Part shown: positions 10,632 to 23,214 of the stretch, one piece after another
How the letters are laid out: every line of letters starts with the position of its first letter
How positions within the stretch are numbered: position 1 is the first letter of the stretch
Assembly: GCA_020632095.1 (NCBI GenBank)
Contig: JACKGF010000001.1
Location: 198,549-262,548 of the forward strand
Direction of reading: 5' to 3'
From: Candidatus Nomurabacteria bacterium
GTDB taxonomy: Bacteria; Patescibacteriota; Minisyncoccia; Phycocordibacterales; UBA918
Length of the DNA: 64,000 nt
The notes under the pieces: generated by a model
Databases searched by the model: none
Seen by the model: only the letters and a program-made list of their open reading frames with translations
What the model was told of the DNA's origin: nothing
Made by a program: the position numbers and the translations under genes

Positions 10632-11201
10632 ATGGCAGAAGTAAATCAAGACGGACAGAAGACACTAGTAGCTTTTGTGGTCGGACTCCTTATCGGTGGT
10701 ATGTTAGTCTGGGCTTTTTCTGGTCCAACTGCAGACGCTCCTAACAAGAGTGACGATACTAAGACTGAACAAACAGACAAGAATACTGATGATAAACCAA
10801 ACGCAAATACTGATGACAAGAAAGAGACTACTAAAGAAGACACCAAAACAACCCCTGTTGAACCAGCCCAAAAACTAGAAGTGGGAGATGGAAAGATTTC
10901 TGTTCCAGATCAAGAGGCAAGTATGGCAATTAAGCTTGATAGTGCAACTTACCCTGTTAGTGAAGGATGGATCGGAGTTCGTGAATACAATAACGAACAA
11001 CTTGGTTACATTCTTGGAGTCGTACGGTTTAGTGAGTCACAAGGTCTAGTACCAGCAGAAATCATCTTGCAACGAGCTACAACACCAGGCCGTGATTACG
11101 CTGTAGTTATCTACACTGAAGATGGTGATCATAGCTTCAATTTAGCTAACGACGTTCAAATCGACAAAATCTTCGACACTTTCAAGGCTACTTCAAAGTA
11201 A
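10632..11201 (+). CDS. membrane-anchored protein with K/T/D-rich low-complexity linker
   Basis: N-terminal TM (LVAFVVGLLIGGMLVWAF), then a charged low-complexity stretch, then a C-terminal globular part. Confidence 0.5.
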   Translation: MAEVNQDGQKTLVAFVVGLLIGGMLVWAFSGPTADAPNKSDDTKTEQTDKNTDDKPNANTDDKKETTKEDTKTTPVEPAQKLEVGDGKISVPDQEASMAIKLDSATYPVSEGWIGVREYNNEQLGYILGVVRFSESQGLVPAEIILQRATTPGRDYAVVIYTEDGDHSFNLANDVQIDKIFDTFKATSK

Positions 11202-11230
11202 ACAAGAAGTTTAAAATAAAGACTAGTTAT

Positions 11231-11269
11231 GAAAATGGTCGGAAATGCTTTGCATTTCCGACCATTTTC
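11231..11269 (+). terminator. hairpin terminator
   Basis: 18-bp inverted repeat gaaaatggtcggaaatgc/gcatttccgaccattttc followed by a T-rich stretch. Confidence 0.6.
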
Positions 11270-11311
11270 ATAATTTTCTGCTCAATATATCAATCCTTAT
11301 AGATTACAAAA

Positions 11312-11320
11312 TGTTATACT
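11312..11320 (+). promoter_or_regulatory. extended -10 (TGtTATACT) 6 nt upstream of ATG; leaderless-type promoter
   Basis: Read directly upstream of the 11327 gene. Confidence 0.35.
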
Positions 11321-11326
11321 ATCTTT

Positions 11327-12112
11327 ATGTCTGAATACACTTACAAATATAATCCGAATCGGAGTTCGGAGTGGAATTATGGCGGAGCAAAGTGGAAGTT
11401 GTCGCGTTCAAAAATTGATTTTTTCTTTGAATGTCAACGTTGTTTTTATGTCGATAATGTACTAGGAACTAAGCGTCCGGGATTTCCGTCGTTTAATCTC
11501 AACATTGCAGTTGATGAACTTTTTAAGAATGAGTTTGACATTCATCGTAAAGACGCTACTCCGCACCCAATCATGACTGAATACAGAATTGACGCCGTAC
11601 CATTTCAACACAAAGAAATGGATACTTGGCGTGACCCGTTTGTAGGAATCATGCACAAGCACGCTTCAACTGGCTTAGTAGTGAGTGGGGGAGTCGACGA
11701 TATTTGGGTCACACCACAAAACAAGCTAATTATAGTTGACTACAAATCTACTTCTAAAGAAGGAAAGATTGATAAACTGGGAGACAGTACATGGGAGAAG
11801 CAATACACTCGTCAATTAGGCGTTTACCGTTGGCTGTTAGAGCAAAACGGCTTTGAGGTTGAAGAGACTGGCTATCTGGTCTACGCTAACGCCAGTAAAG
11901 ACCGACCTTCATTCGACAATAAGCTTGAGTTTGAAACCACACTTGTGCCAGTACAAACCTCGGTTGATTGGATTGAAGAAACTTTACAAAATATTCAGGT
12001 CTGCCTCAACCGTACTGATATTCCACCCTCTGGTGACACTTGTGAATTCTGTCCTTACAGGGAAGCTTGTGGTAAGAAATTATTGGCTATTCACCAAAGG
12101 AATAAAGTTTAA
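11327..12112 (+). CDS. Cas4/RecB-like PD-(D/E)xK nuclease with predicted Fe-S cysteines
   Basis: IIVDYKST motif (E/DYK). N-terminal ECQRC plus C-terminal CEFCPYREAC give a 4-Cys pattern typical of the Cas4/AddB nuclease domain. Confidence 0.6.
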   Translation: MSEYTYKYNPNRSSEWNYGGAKWKLSRSKIDFFFECQRCFYVDNVLGTKRPGFPSFNLNIAVDELFKNEFDIHRKDATPHPIMTEYRIDAVPFQHKEMDTWRDPFVGIMHKHASTGLVVSGGVDDIWVTPQNKLIIVDYKSTSKEGKIDKLGDSTWEKQYTRQLGVYRWLLEQNGFEVEETGYLVYANASKDRPSFDNKLEFETTLVPVQTSVDWIEETLQNIQVCLNRTDIPPSGDTCEFCPYREACGKKLLAIHQRNKV

Positions 12113-12117
12113 ATAAA

Positions 12118-12375
12118 ATGAACAACTTCACTATTAGGGTTCAGGAAATTGTAAAAAAAATTCCGCGCGGTGAAGTACGGTCATATAAAGAAGTGGCTAC
12201 TGAAGCTGGTAATCCACTAGCGGCTAGAGCTGTAGCCAATATTATGGCCAAAAATTATATTCCTGACATACCATGTCACCGGGTTATTAGGAGTGACGGT
12301 ACTTTAGGTGGATATAATCGCGGTGGAGAAAAAGCTAAAAAGCACTTGTTAGCTGGCGAAGGTATTGTAATATAG
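12118..12375 (+). CDS. MGMT-family DNA-binding domain protein (O6-alkylguanine alkyltransferase C-terminal domain)
   Basis: PCHRV active-site motif and the surrounding helix-turn-helix region. Only 85 aa. Confidence 0.65.
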   Translation: MNNFTIRVQEIVKKIPRGEVRSYKEVATEAGNPLAARAVANIMAKNYIPDIPCHRVIRSDGTLGGYNRGGEKAKKHLLAGEGIVI

Positions 12376-12379
12376 AGAT

Positions 12380-12691
12380 ATGTCGAGTGAATTTGAGCTC
12401 AAAATCCTAAAGGACAAAATAACCGCTCTCGCCACTGAAAAAGAGCAGTTGGTTCATAGTCTGACATTAACGGAACGTGAAGAGCAGGCGGAGCTTGAAA
12501 AGGTTAATAGAGAATTTAGCATAAGAGCTTCAACCATTAAAGGGAGACAAAGGAGTGTAGACAGTGAATTAATAAATACTCAAAGAACTTTGGACAGTTT
12601 GGAAAGACGAATCCAAGTTGAACAGAAAAAGAAAGAGGCTGAAGAAGTACAACGAAAAGATAATGATGATATGAGGCGTCGTTTAAGATAA
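12380..12691 (+). CDS. coiled-coil hypothetical protein
   Basis: E/K/Q-rich heptad-like sequence. Confidence 0.4.
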   Translation: MSSEFELKILKDKITALATEKEQLVHSLTLTEREEQAELEKVNREFSIRASTIKGRQRSVDSELINTQRTLDSLERRIQVEQKKKEAEEVQRKDNDDMRRRLR

Positions 12692-12695
12692 GTTT

Positions 12696-13292
12696 ATGTA
12701 TACATACAAAATTGAACAAGCCACCAAAGCTGCAGCCTTATTACACCAAGATCAGTTACGCAAAGGTGAAGTTGCACTACCATACATTACACACTTGGTT
12801 GGGGTAACTATGATTTTGCGAGACTACACCGATGATGAAGATACCTTAGTAGCTGCACTACTACATGACACAATTGAGGATACGGACTACACCTTAGAAG
12901 AACTTAAGGCAGATTTTGGAGAAAAAGCTGCCCTTTACGTCGACACCGTTTCAGAACATTGGTATGAAGGAGAAAATAAACTTCCTTGGCTAGAAGTTAA
13001 GAAAAATTATGCCAAACAATTACGAAAAGGTCCGATTGAAGCAGTTATGATTGCGGCCGCTGACAAAATACACAACTTTCGCTCAGCGGTAGACGAATAT
13101 TTTGACAACCATCAACGTTTCATCAAAGACTTTGGTCCTCACCTCGAAAGCCGTATTGAAGCCTACCAATGTATTGCTAACGCTATTAACAGTCGCCTGC
13201 CAGATGGTATAGTTCACGAGTTCAACCACACATTTCAAGCCTATAAAAATTTTATCTTCGATGTCCAAGAAAACTACAATAAGAACAGTTAA
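12696..13292 (+). CDS. stand-alone RelA/SpoT-type HD hydrolase (small alarmone hydrolase-like)
   Basis: ITHLVGV...AALLHDTIEDT matches the SpoT HD motif H..x..LLHDxxEDT. Confidence 0.65.
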   Translation: MYTYKIEQATKAAALLHQDQLRKGEVALPYITHLVGVTMILRDYTDDEDTLVAALLHDTIEDTDYTLEELKADFGEKAALYVDTVSEHWYEGENKLPWLEVKKNYAKQLRKGPIEAVMIAAADKIHNFRSAVDEYFDNHQRFIKDFGPHLESRIEAYQCIANAINSRLPDGIVHEFNHTFQAYKNFIFDVQENYNKNS

Positions 13293-14580
13293 TAAAAAGT
13301 CTATCCCAGGATATTCATACATTACACAGGCAGGCGGAGTAGAGGAGTACAAACTAAACTTCAACGGTCTCAGAGTGCTTTACTTCAATCGACCTAACAC
13401 TGGAGTTGTTACAACTAATATTACTTACCTAGTGGGGGCTCGTGATGAAAAGCGAGGAGAGACCGGGGTAGCTCACATGCTTGAGCATATGTTATTTAAA
13501 CCAACCACCTTCGACTTAGCGGCTGGTATCAAATCTGGTAGCGCAGTTGAATTTGAGAGAAAAACTGGCTGCAACCTAAACGCTAACACTTGGAAAGACC
13601 GTACGACCTACTATTTCAATTATCCGGTTGAGTACCTTAATGAGGCTCTTAGAATTGAAGCCGAAAGAATGGAAGGGGTTGTATTGACCGATGAGGCACT
13701 TAAACCTGAACAAGGCAACGTTTTGAGCGAATTTGATATGTATAACGGTGAACCCGGCTTTGTTCTAGCGGTTCAGATGGTCGGTGTAGCTTTTCAGTCA
13801 CACCCTTATGGTCACGAAACCTTAGGTTACAGAGAAGATATAGAAGACTACACTGCAGCAAAACTAGAAGTTTTTTATCGTGACTACTACCGCCCTGATA
13901 ATGCCGTCATAATGGTGATTGGTGATATTGATAAAGAAACCGCCCTGACTGCTATTAAAAAGGAATTCGGGGATATTAAAAACCCAAATACTCCGATACC
14001 ACGCTTTGCAATCCGCGAACCAAAACAAGAAGGAATACGAAGAATTTCAATTGAGCGACCATCTAGTACAAATATTGTTTCTATCGGCTTTAAACATCAA
14101 GGTTTCCCGTCTGAAGATTGGTTTGTCACTAGTATCATGCTTGAAGTGCTGGCCTCTGGGCCAGAAAGCATCTTGCAGAAATTGCTAGTAGACACCGGCA
14201 AAGCTTCTAGTGTCGAATCAATGATTGAACCTGGTTCAGAAGTAAATCTAGCTTTCATAAACATAAACCTAGCCCCTGGACAAAATCATGACGAAATTGA
14301 ACATCTTACTCTAATAACTATCAAAGAACTAACTAATGACTTAATAACACCGCTAGTTAAAAAAGCCAAAGCTCACATTGTCACCAGTGAATTATACAGC
14401 CGCGATAGCTCATCCTTGATTGCTGGAGAATTAACCGAGTACGTTTCTTCTGGACAATGGGAAATCTACGGTAAAACTATTGAATTACTGGAGGCAGTAA
14501 CCGTAAAAAAAGTAAGAGATTGTCTAACAAATAGTTTTATACACAGCAACCTGACCATCGGTCACTTCATTGGAAAATAA
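13261..14580 (+). CDS. M16-family zinc peptidase (active subunit)
   Basis: Inverted zincin HMLEHMLF (HxxEH). The start overlaps the previous gene by 32 nt, so the start is uncertain. Confidence 0.8.
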   Translation: MSKKTTIRTVNKKSIPGYSYITQAGGVEEYKLNFNGLRVLYFNRPNTGVVTTNITYLVGARDEKRGETGVAHMLEHMLFKPTTFDLAAGIKSGSAVEFERKTGCNLNANTWKDRTTYYFNYPVEYLNEALRIEAERMEGVVLTDEALKPEQGNVLSEFDMYNGEPGFVLAVQMVGVAFQSHPYGHETLGYREDIEDYTAAKLEVFYRDYYRPDNAVIMVIGDIDKETALTAIKKEFGDIKNPNTPIPRFAIREPKQEGIRRISIERPSSTNIVSIGFKHQGFPSEDWFVTSIMLEVLASGPESILQKLLVDTGKASSVESMIEPGSEVNLAFININLAPGQNHDEIEHLTLITIKELTNDLITPLVKKAKAHIVTSELYSRDSSSLIAGELTEYVSSGQWEIYGKTIELLEAVTVKKVRDCLTNSFIHSNLTIGHFIGK

Positions 14581-14582
14581 TT

Positions 14583-15869
14583 ATGAAATTCAACATTGAC
14601 CGTAAAGAAACCTTTTCTTTCGCTACTATTACGCAAAAAAATGACCCCAAGGTTTCTGCTTTTATTACCATTGACATTCACCAGGAAAATTCCTTATCTA
14701 CTCAAGCTGCCCAGCTAATGTTTAGTGACGTACTTTTATCGGGCGCTGGAAAATATACTAGAGATGAATTTTTGAGTGCTGTAAATACGCTAGGTGCCAG
14801 CGTAGATGTTTCTTTAGGAAATGGTAATTTAACCATCACTTTACGTGCTAGTAGTCAAAATTTTAAAAAGTTATTGCCCTTGGTTGAAACCATGCTGACT
14901 ACACCAACATTTTCAAAAACCGAAATAACCAGAATTAAAAGCACTCTTACAAACGAATTACATGAAGCTAAGGAAAACAGTCGAGCGATTGCCTACGAAG
15001 AACTATTGAACACTATATACGGATCAGGAGACCGCAAATTTACTTATGAGATTGAAGAATTAATTTCTGCGTTACAAAGAGTAAATATTCAAAAACTTAA
15101 GTCTTTACACCAAGTAGTTTTGTCACAACCATGGACTTGTTCTGTTGCCGGTGACGATGATTATTTGGAAGCTTTTAAAAAGATGATAAGCAAAGTAAAG
15201 AAAAATTACTCTATTCCAAAAACTATTATAGGTATTCATCAACAAAAAACCCCGCAAAAGATTTGTACTCTAAAAAATATTCCCAGTAAACAAAATATCG
15301 ACTTCAATATTGGAGCACCTGTTCCAATTACCTTACATCACCCTGACTATATTCCATTAGCTATTGCGGTTGATGTTTTAGCAATGTGGGGTAATTTTGC
15401 TGGGCGACTAATGGAAACTGTGCGAATCGAGGAAGGACTAACTTACACTATATTCGGTAAAGTGGGAGGATTCACTGGTTCAGAACAAGGGTTCTGGCGA
15501 ATTTGGACTTTTTTCTCTCCGGACAAAGCTCTACAAGGTATTAAATCTACTTTTAATCAAATTGAAAAATTGTACAAAGAAGGAATTAGTGAGGCTGAAC
15601 TAACCAAGTTTAAAACGATTTTAAACACCCAGCAAATTTTAATTCAAGATTCAATCACCGGACAATTACGTGACCTACATGCTTACCATTGTCACCAATT
15701 CACTCTACAGGAAATGAAAGAACACAAAGAAAAAATAAATTCTGTTACACTGGAAGAGGTTAACGACGCGATTCGTACTTATCTAAACCCAAATACACTC
15801 ACTATCAGTGGAGCTGGTCCGGTCAACGCCGTTAAGAAAGACCTGCAAGCATTTATCAAATCAGTTTAG
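14583..15869 (+). CDS. M16-family peptidase-like protein (non-catalytic partner; no HxxEH)
   Basis: Adjacent paired arrangement typical of M16 peptidase pairs. Confidence 0.65.
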   Translation: MKFNIDRKETFSFATITQKNDPKVSAFITIDIHQENSLSTQAAQLMFSDVLLSGAGKYTRDEFLSAVNTLGASVDVSLGNGNLTITLRASSQNFKKLLPLVETMLTTPTFSKTEITRIKSTLTNELHEAKENSRAIAYEELLNTIYGSGDRKFTYEIEELISALQRVNIQKLKSLHQVVLSQPWTCSVAGDDDYLEAFKKMISKVKKNYSIPKTIIGIHQQKTPQKICTLKNIPSKQNIDFNIGAPVPITLHHPDYIPLAIAVDVLAMWGNFAGRLMETVRIEEGLTYTIFGKVGGFTGSEQGFWRIWTFFSPDKALQGIKSTFNQIEKLYKEGISEAELTKFKTILNTQQILIQDSITGQLRDLHAYHCHQFTLQEMKEHKEKINSVTLEEVNDAIRTYLNPNTLTISGAGPVNAVKKDLQAFIKSV

Positions 15870-15934
15870 TAGACATGATTATTAAATAATCTTTAGTTAA
15901 CTTTCAAACCCTAACTATTTTTGTTCAAAATATT

Positions 15935-18409
<2,475 letters not shown>

Positions 18410-18441
18410 AGTAGGTAAATATAGAATGGGAAGTCTTGAGA

Positions 18442-19908
18442 TTAAAAAGACAAAAACTCTTGTTTAAAATCATTAACAATTACTTCAATATCTTTTCTGA
18501 CCACATCGTCAAAAACACCTGAACGAATAGTATACAAAACCTTGATGTAACGACTTTCTAACAACTTCAAAAGATAAGCCTTGAACTCACTCCATTGTTC
18601 TTGTGATATATCATCAAAGAATCCATTTTCCACAGCATAAAAAAGTACCGTTTGTTCTGGATAGGTAACATTTGTATGCTTTGGTTGCTTTAATAATTCC
18701 AACAACAAATCACCTCTATGAATATTTTTTTTGACTGCTTCACTCACTACCGTTTCGAGCTGGGACAATTTCTGTAGCTCCTTATGTTGTGCCAAAGCGA
18801 GTCTAATGCCACCAATCACATTTTTCAAAACTGCTGGTTGCACCTGAGAACCGATTCGAGACACTGACAACCCAACATTAACGGCCGGCAAAAATCCTTT
18901 CTGGTATAGACCTCGCTCAAGATAAATTTGACCGTCAGTAATTGAAATAATATTGGTTGGAATAAAAGAAGTAATGTCGCCTTCCTGTGTTTCTACAATT
19001 GGCAAAGCGGTAAGAGAACCGCCACTCTGGTCATCTGACAATTGCGCCGCTCGTTCTAACAAACCAGCGTGCAGTGAAAAAATATCACCAGGATAAGCTT
19101 CTCGCCCTGGTACGTGACCAAGAATTAAAGAAATATCACGGTAGACTTTAGCATGCTTAGAAAAATCATCGTAAACAATCAAGGCATCACGACCAGTGTT
19201 ACGAAAGTGTTCAGCTATAGTACAACCAACAAAAGGGGCAAGATATTGTGATAAAAATGAACTGCCAGCCGTAGCGGCTACAACCGTAGTGTACAAAAAG
19301 GCGTTATTTTGCTCAAAGGTATCTACCAACTCTTTAACTTTTTGTTCCCGCTGACCACACAAAACATACACGCAATAGACTGGGACTTCAGCTTTTTTTT
19401 GATTTAGAACAATGTCAGTTGCAATGGTACTTTTACCTAATTTTCTATCACCAACAATCAATTCTCGTTGCCCACGACCTAGAGGGAGCATGGTGTCAAT
19501 AATCTTAATACCAGTAGTTAACGGGCGAGTAACGGGCTTACGATTAATGGTTGGAGGAGCTTGTAAGAAAACTGACATATCATTTTCAAAACTAATTGGA
19601 CCAAGTCTGTCAATTGGGTTACCAAAACCGTCGATTATTCGACCCAGATATTTATCTGAGACTCCAACAGAAAAAGACTTTCCGCTACGATATAGCAATC
19701 TCGTCGTGTCAAAATTTTCATCATAAAAAAGCACTTCGACTACCTGCTCGGTAAATCCAATCACTAAAGCGACAGGCTGACTGTCTTCATCATTTAAAAC
19801 CTCATGAATAAAAACTTGTGACAAACCTTCCACTTTCCCAACACCAGAATAAAAACCGACTATTCGTCCACAATCTTCATTAATTACATCACGAGAATTA
19901 CTAGTCAT
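18442..19908 (-). CDS. atpA: F-type ATP synthase alpha subunit
   Basis: Walker A GDRKLGKST. Confidence 0.95.
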   Translation of the reverse strand: MTSNSRDVINEDCGRIVGFYSGVGKVEGLSQVFIHEVLNDEDSQPVALVIGFTEQVVEVLFYDENFDTTRLLYRSGKSFSVGVSDKYLGRIIDGFGNPIDRLGPISFENDMSVFLQAPPTINRKPVTRPLTTGIKIIDTMLPLGRGQRELIVGDRKLGKSTIATDIVLNQKKAEVPVYCVYVLCGQREQKVKELVDTFEQNNAFLYTTVVAATAGSSFLSQYLAPFVGCTIAEHFRNTGRDALIVYDDFSKHAKVYRDISLILGHVPGREAYPGDIFSLHAGLLERAAQLSDDQSGGSLTALPIVETQEGDITSFIPTNIISITDGQIYLERGLYQKGFLPAVNVGLSVSRIGSQVQPAVLKNVIGGIRLALAQHKELQKLSQLETVVSEAVKKNIHRGDLLLELLKQPKHTNVTYPEQTVLFYAVENGFFDDISQEQWSEFKAYLLKLLESRYIKVLYTIRSGVFDDVVRKDIEVIVNDFKQEFLSF

Positions 19909-20278
19909 GATTTAAATCGTTTAGTTGCTGTCTAATTTGAGCGATAACCGCTTCCTTTTCTTGCTTGGACTCGATTTGGGCACGCTCATTAATATTGGCG
20001 GCAATTTCCTCCGCTTCCTCAATAATGGACTGGGCATGCTTCTTAACCTTGATTAATTCTAACCTTTCTTTCTCTTGTAATTCTGCACTTTTTTTATCAA
20101 GCGTTTCGCGTTCGGTACGTACTAACTGTAATTCTTTTTCATCTTTTTCAATTCTGGTAATAATTGGTCGATAGACAAATTTAGTGAGTAAAAATAACAA
20201 AAGACCGAAGTTAACTACTTGAGCTAACAATAGACCTAAATCAATCCCTAAATTTCCTAAAAATTCCATAAAAAACAA
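19901..20278 (-). CDS. atpF: F-type ATP synthase b subunit (short, 125 aa)
   Basis: N-terminal TM then a charged coiled coil. Overlaps the atpA start by 8 nt. Confidence 0.7.
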   Translation of the reverse strand: MFFMEFLGNLGIDLGLLLAQVVNFGLLLFLLTKFVYRPIITRIEKDEKELQLVRTERETLDKKSAELQEKERLELIKVKKHAQSIIEEAEEIAANINERAQIESKQEKEAVIAQIRQQLNDLNHD

Positions 20279-20324
20279 TGTTCAGTTTGAACTATACCTA
20301 CCCCAACATCGCTTCCAACGATCA

Positions 20325-20540
20325 CTAAGGAACGAACTTGAGGATAAGAGCGATCACTAATACATAAATAGCGATTGCTTCAGCAAAAGCGATAGCAATA
20401 ATCATCGCTACTTGAATCTTTTCTGAGTTGTCTGGATTGCGAGCCATAGCCAGTAGGGCAGCGGCACCAATAATACCAATTGCTAAAGCCGGACCGATAG
20501 AACCGATGGCAATAGCGAAAGCTGATGGATCTAGAGTCAT
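20325..20540 (-). CDS. atpE: F-type ATP synthase c subunit
   Basis: Two-helix hairpin with the conserved acidic residue (AFAEAIAIY). Confidence 0.9.
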   Translation of the reverse strand: MTLDPSAFAIAIGSIGPALAIGIIGAAALLAMARNPDNSEKIQVAMIIAIAFAEAIAIYVLVIALILKFVP

Positions 20541-20616
20541 ATAAATAAAAGTACTTACTAATGATTATTAATAGTATTGTAACAGGTAATAGACAAGTCT
20601 ATTCGATTTATCCTCC

Positions 20617-21357
20617 TTAATATGAATGTTTGCCCGTACTGGATTTGATGTATGTCAAAGCCAACATACTAAAAATCAAGGCTTGGATTGAACCGATGAA
20701 TACTTCCAAAATCATGAAAGGAATCGGGATTATATAAGGTATTAAAAAGGCAATAACTAAAAGCAACACTTCACCGGCAAAGACATTTCCAAAAAGTCGA
20801 AAAGAGAAAGACAGTACTCTCACTGACTCAGACAAAACTTCAAAAAAACCTAGCACGAAATTAACTGGTCCTGAAAAGTTAATGAAACGTTTTAAGTATT
20901 TACCAAAACCAAGTGAACTAATTGAAAAATACTGGATGAAAGTAACTGTTACCAGCGCTAGAGCTAGGGTGGTGGTTAGATCACTGTTCGGTGAGCGTAG
21001 CAAAGAAACCTCTCTGCCTTCAATCATAACAAAAAATGAACCTAGGAAGCCGGGGACCAAAGCAATCATATTTGAAGTTACGATAAACAGAAAAAGAGTG
21101 GCGATAAGAGGTAGGACCTTCTTCGATAAATTTCGGTTGTGGGTGATAGAATCGGTAATAGTAAGAGCTTCATACACAACTACAAACCAACACTTCAAGA
21201 AGATGCTTCTATTTTCATTTTCATTCCGCCGTAGGTAAAAACTCCAACTAGCTAAACCTAAAACCAAGGTGACAATAATCGACGTTAAGAAAGTATTGGT
21301 GAGTAAAAAACCAAACAAAGACAATACATATTCTGGCTGTAAGCTAATATTCATCAT
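20617..21357 (-). CDS. atpB: F-type ATP synthase a subunit
   Basis: Polytopic membrane protein ahead of c. The conserved Arg region is present. Confidence 0.8.
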   Translation of the reverse strand: MMNISLQPEYVLSLFGFLLTNTFLTSIIVTLVLGLASWSFYLRRNENENRSIFLKCWFVVVYEALTITDSITHNRNLSKKVLPLIATLFLFIVTSNMIALVPGFLGSFFVMIEGREVSLLRSPNSDLTTTLALALVTVTFIQYFSISSLGFGKYLKRFINFSGPVNFVLGFFEVLSESVRVLSFSFRLFGNVFAGEVLLLVIAFLIPYIIPIPFMILEVFIGSIQALIFSMLALTYIKSSTGKHSY

Positions 21358-21599
21358 ACTTCGTCATCAGATTTAATTAATGGTATCAGCATGTGGTACA
21401 CCTCATAAATTGTGACTGAGATACCAGCTACAATACCCAAAACCAGAAATAGCGGGGGAGTATGCAAATGCGAATCAATCCACATCCCCAAAAAAATAAA
21501 TCCCGCCAGTGAAGCTACAATCAGAAACCCAAGCTGAAGAGCAATCGATAATGCATAAGAAATTTTAAACCCATTTTTCTGAGACATAATTTTAGACAC
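21354..21599 (-). CDS. small 2-TM protein at the head of the atp operon (AtpZ/AtpI-like)
   Basis: Position and topology only. Confidence 0.35.
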   Translation of the reverse strand: MSKIMSQKNGFKISYALSIALQLGFLIVASLAGFIFLGMWIDSHLHTPPLFLVLGIVAGISVTIYEVYHMLIPLIKSDDEV

Positions 21600-21745
21600 C
21601 TTCGCTAAGAGAAAGTATCAACTTTCATAATTGTATCATGAGCATACCTCTAATATGGTGGACGAATAAAACCCCCTACATTTAACATAATCTAAGATCC
21701 TACACTTTAATGTTTTGATCTTACTCAAAAATTAACAAGCATATT

Positions 21746-21771
21746 AAAAGCCGTCCCTAAAGACGGCCTTT
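21746..21771. terminator. bidirectional hairpin terminator
   Basis: gccgtc-cctaaa-gacggc flanked by A-run and T-run. Confidence 0.5.
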
Positions 21772-21803
21772 ATCCATATTTATTATGGACACAGCCACTG
21801 CTA

Positions 21804-22115
21804 TCACATAATTGTGAGTAGCACTTTATCACGTGGCTTCTGACATAAACCAACTGCCTCATCAACCCATCTGGCCAAACTGATAACATTTATCGCTTGT
21901 AGCTCACCAAGCACCGACCTCAATTCGGCAGTCAAGAAACCGACTAGACCAAGACCTCCTGGGGTAGCCATGCAGTTGCCATTTCGATCAGAGTAGCCGC
22001 ACCTGCAATAGACCCAGCCACCATTGCTGAAACTAAAATTGAACTGCATCTTCCGACCAACACCCAAATCGAGTACCAAATCTATTTCTTGCGATTTCTG
22101 GTTTTTTACGACCAT
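21804..22115 (-). CDS. hypothetical small protein (103 aa), slightly GC-richer, abutting IS30
   Basis: AAGGAGAT SD sits 6 nt before the ATG. No recognised motif. Confidence 0.45.
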   Translation of the reverse strand: MVVKNQKSQEIDLVLDLGVGRKMQFNFSFSNGGWVYCRCGYSDRNGNCMATPGGLGLVGFLTAELRSVLGELQAINVISLARWVDEAVGLCQKPRDKVLLTIM

Positions 22116-22210
22116 AACTATCTCCTTTTCATAAGATGTGTGGATGCTATAAAAAATTTATAAGCAAACTCGCTGTCACACGAACTAGCTCAGACGCAAT
22201 ACGTTTAGAA

Positions 22211-23214
22211 CCCCCAGACACCTTTGAAGTAGGACAGCTATAAAGTAAATTAGCTGTCTATGAAAACATACAGACACATACAATTTGAGGAGCGTTTCGT
22301 AATTGAAAAGTTATTGAACGCAGGGAGTTTGATCAGAGAAATAGCCATCTTCCTCAAACGTAGTCCCAACACCATCAGTCAGGAACTAAAGAAGAATAGG
22401 GTTAATGGAGTCTATGACGCCAAGCAAGCCCAACTAAAAGTAAGTCAACGTCGTTGGCGGGCTAAACGTCAGTGTCTCAAGGTGGCTCTAGATAGTTTCC
22501 TGATTCGTTTCGTAGAAGACAAATTGGAGAAGAAGTGGACCCCTAAACAAATCAGTGGACATCTCAAACGAGAGCTCGGTGTTACCTGTTCCGCCAAAGC
22601 TATATACAAGTTCATAGAAAGTCGTGGTCTGGAATATCGACTATTCTGGCGTTGGAACAAAAAGAAAAGTGGTCCGAAACGGACCACACATAAACCAGCT
22701 GATGATGGCCGTAAATATATAGATATTCGTCCTCTTGGTAGCCATGAGCTAGGTCACTATGAACTAGACTTCATTGTCTCTAAGTACAGTCCATACGTAC
22801 TTCTAGTGGCTACTGACCGTTTAACTAAATACAGCTTGGTACGTCAGTTACCCAATAGAAAACGCCACACAATCAGTGCAGCGTTCTCTAAAATGTTTAG
22901 CAATATTATAGTCAAGAGTATCACCACCGACAACGACATTGCATTCCGTCACTGGACGGAACTAGAACAAATCATACAGGCTCCAATCTATTTCTGCCAC
23001 CCTTATCATTCTTGGGAGAAGGGACTGGTAGAGAATACTAATCGTTGGATTAGATGCTTTGTTCCAAAGCGGAGAGACATTGCGTCTGTTACTCAAGAAG
23101 AATTGAATGAGATTCATGCCTTCTTGAATGACCGACCGAAAGAGTGTATTGATTTTAGGATTTCGAGTGAGTATTATTATGAGCAATCTGTCCTACTTGA
23201 GGGGTAGCTGGAGG
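22211..23214 (+). mobile_element. IS30-family insertion sequence, apparently intact (~1.0 kb)
   Basis: Imperfect 27-bp terminal inverted repeats: cccccagacacctttgaagtaggacag (22211-22237) and ctgtcctacttgaggggtagctggagg (23188-23214). They bracket a single transposase ORF. Confidence 0.75.
22260..23207 (+). CDS. IS30-family DDE transposase
   Basis: N-terminal HTH (IQFEERFVIEKLL...SQELKKN) and C-terminal HSWEKGLVENTNRWIRCFVPK motif. Confidence 0.9.
   Translation: MKTYRHIQFEERFVIEKLLNAGSLIREIAIFLKRSPNTISQELKKNRVNGVYDAKQAQLKVSQRRWRAKRQCLKVALDSFLIRFVEDKLEKKWTPKQISGHLKRELGVTCSAKAIYKFIESRGLEYRLFWRWNKKKSGPKRTTHKPADDGRKYIDIRPLGSHELGHYELDFIVSKYSPYVLLVATDRLTKYSLVRQLPNRKRHTISAAFSKMFSNIIVKSITTDNDIAFRHWTELEQIIQAPIYFCHPYHSWEKGLVENTNRWIRCFVPKRRDIASVTQEELNEIHAFLNDRPKECIDFRISSEYYYEQSVLLEG

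Noticed and set aside
22211-22237. Target-site duplication flanking the intact IS30
   Set aside because: I could not identify a convincing 2-3-bp direct duplication. The IR boundaries are uncertain by a few bases.
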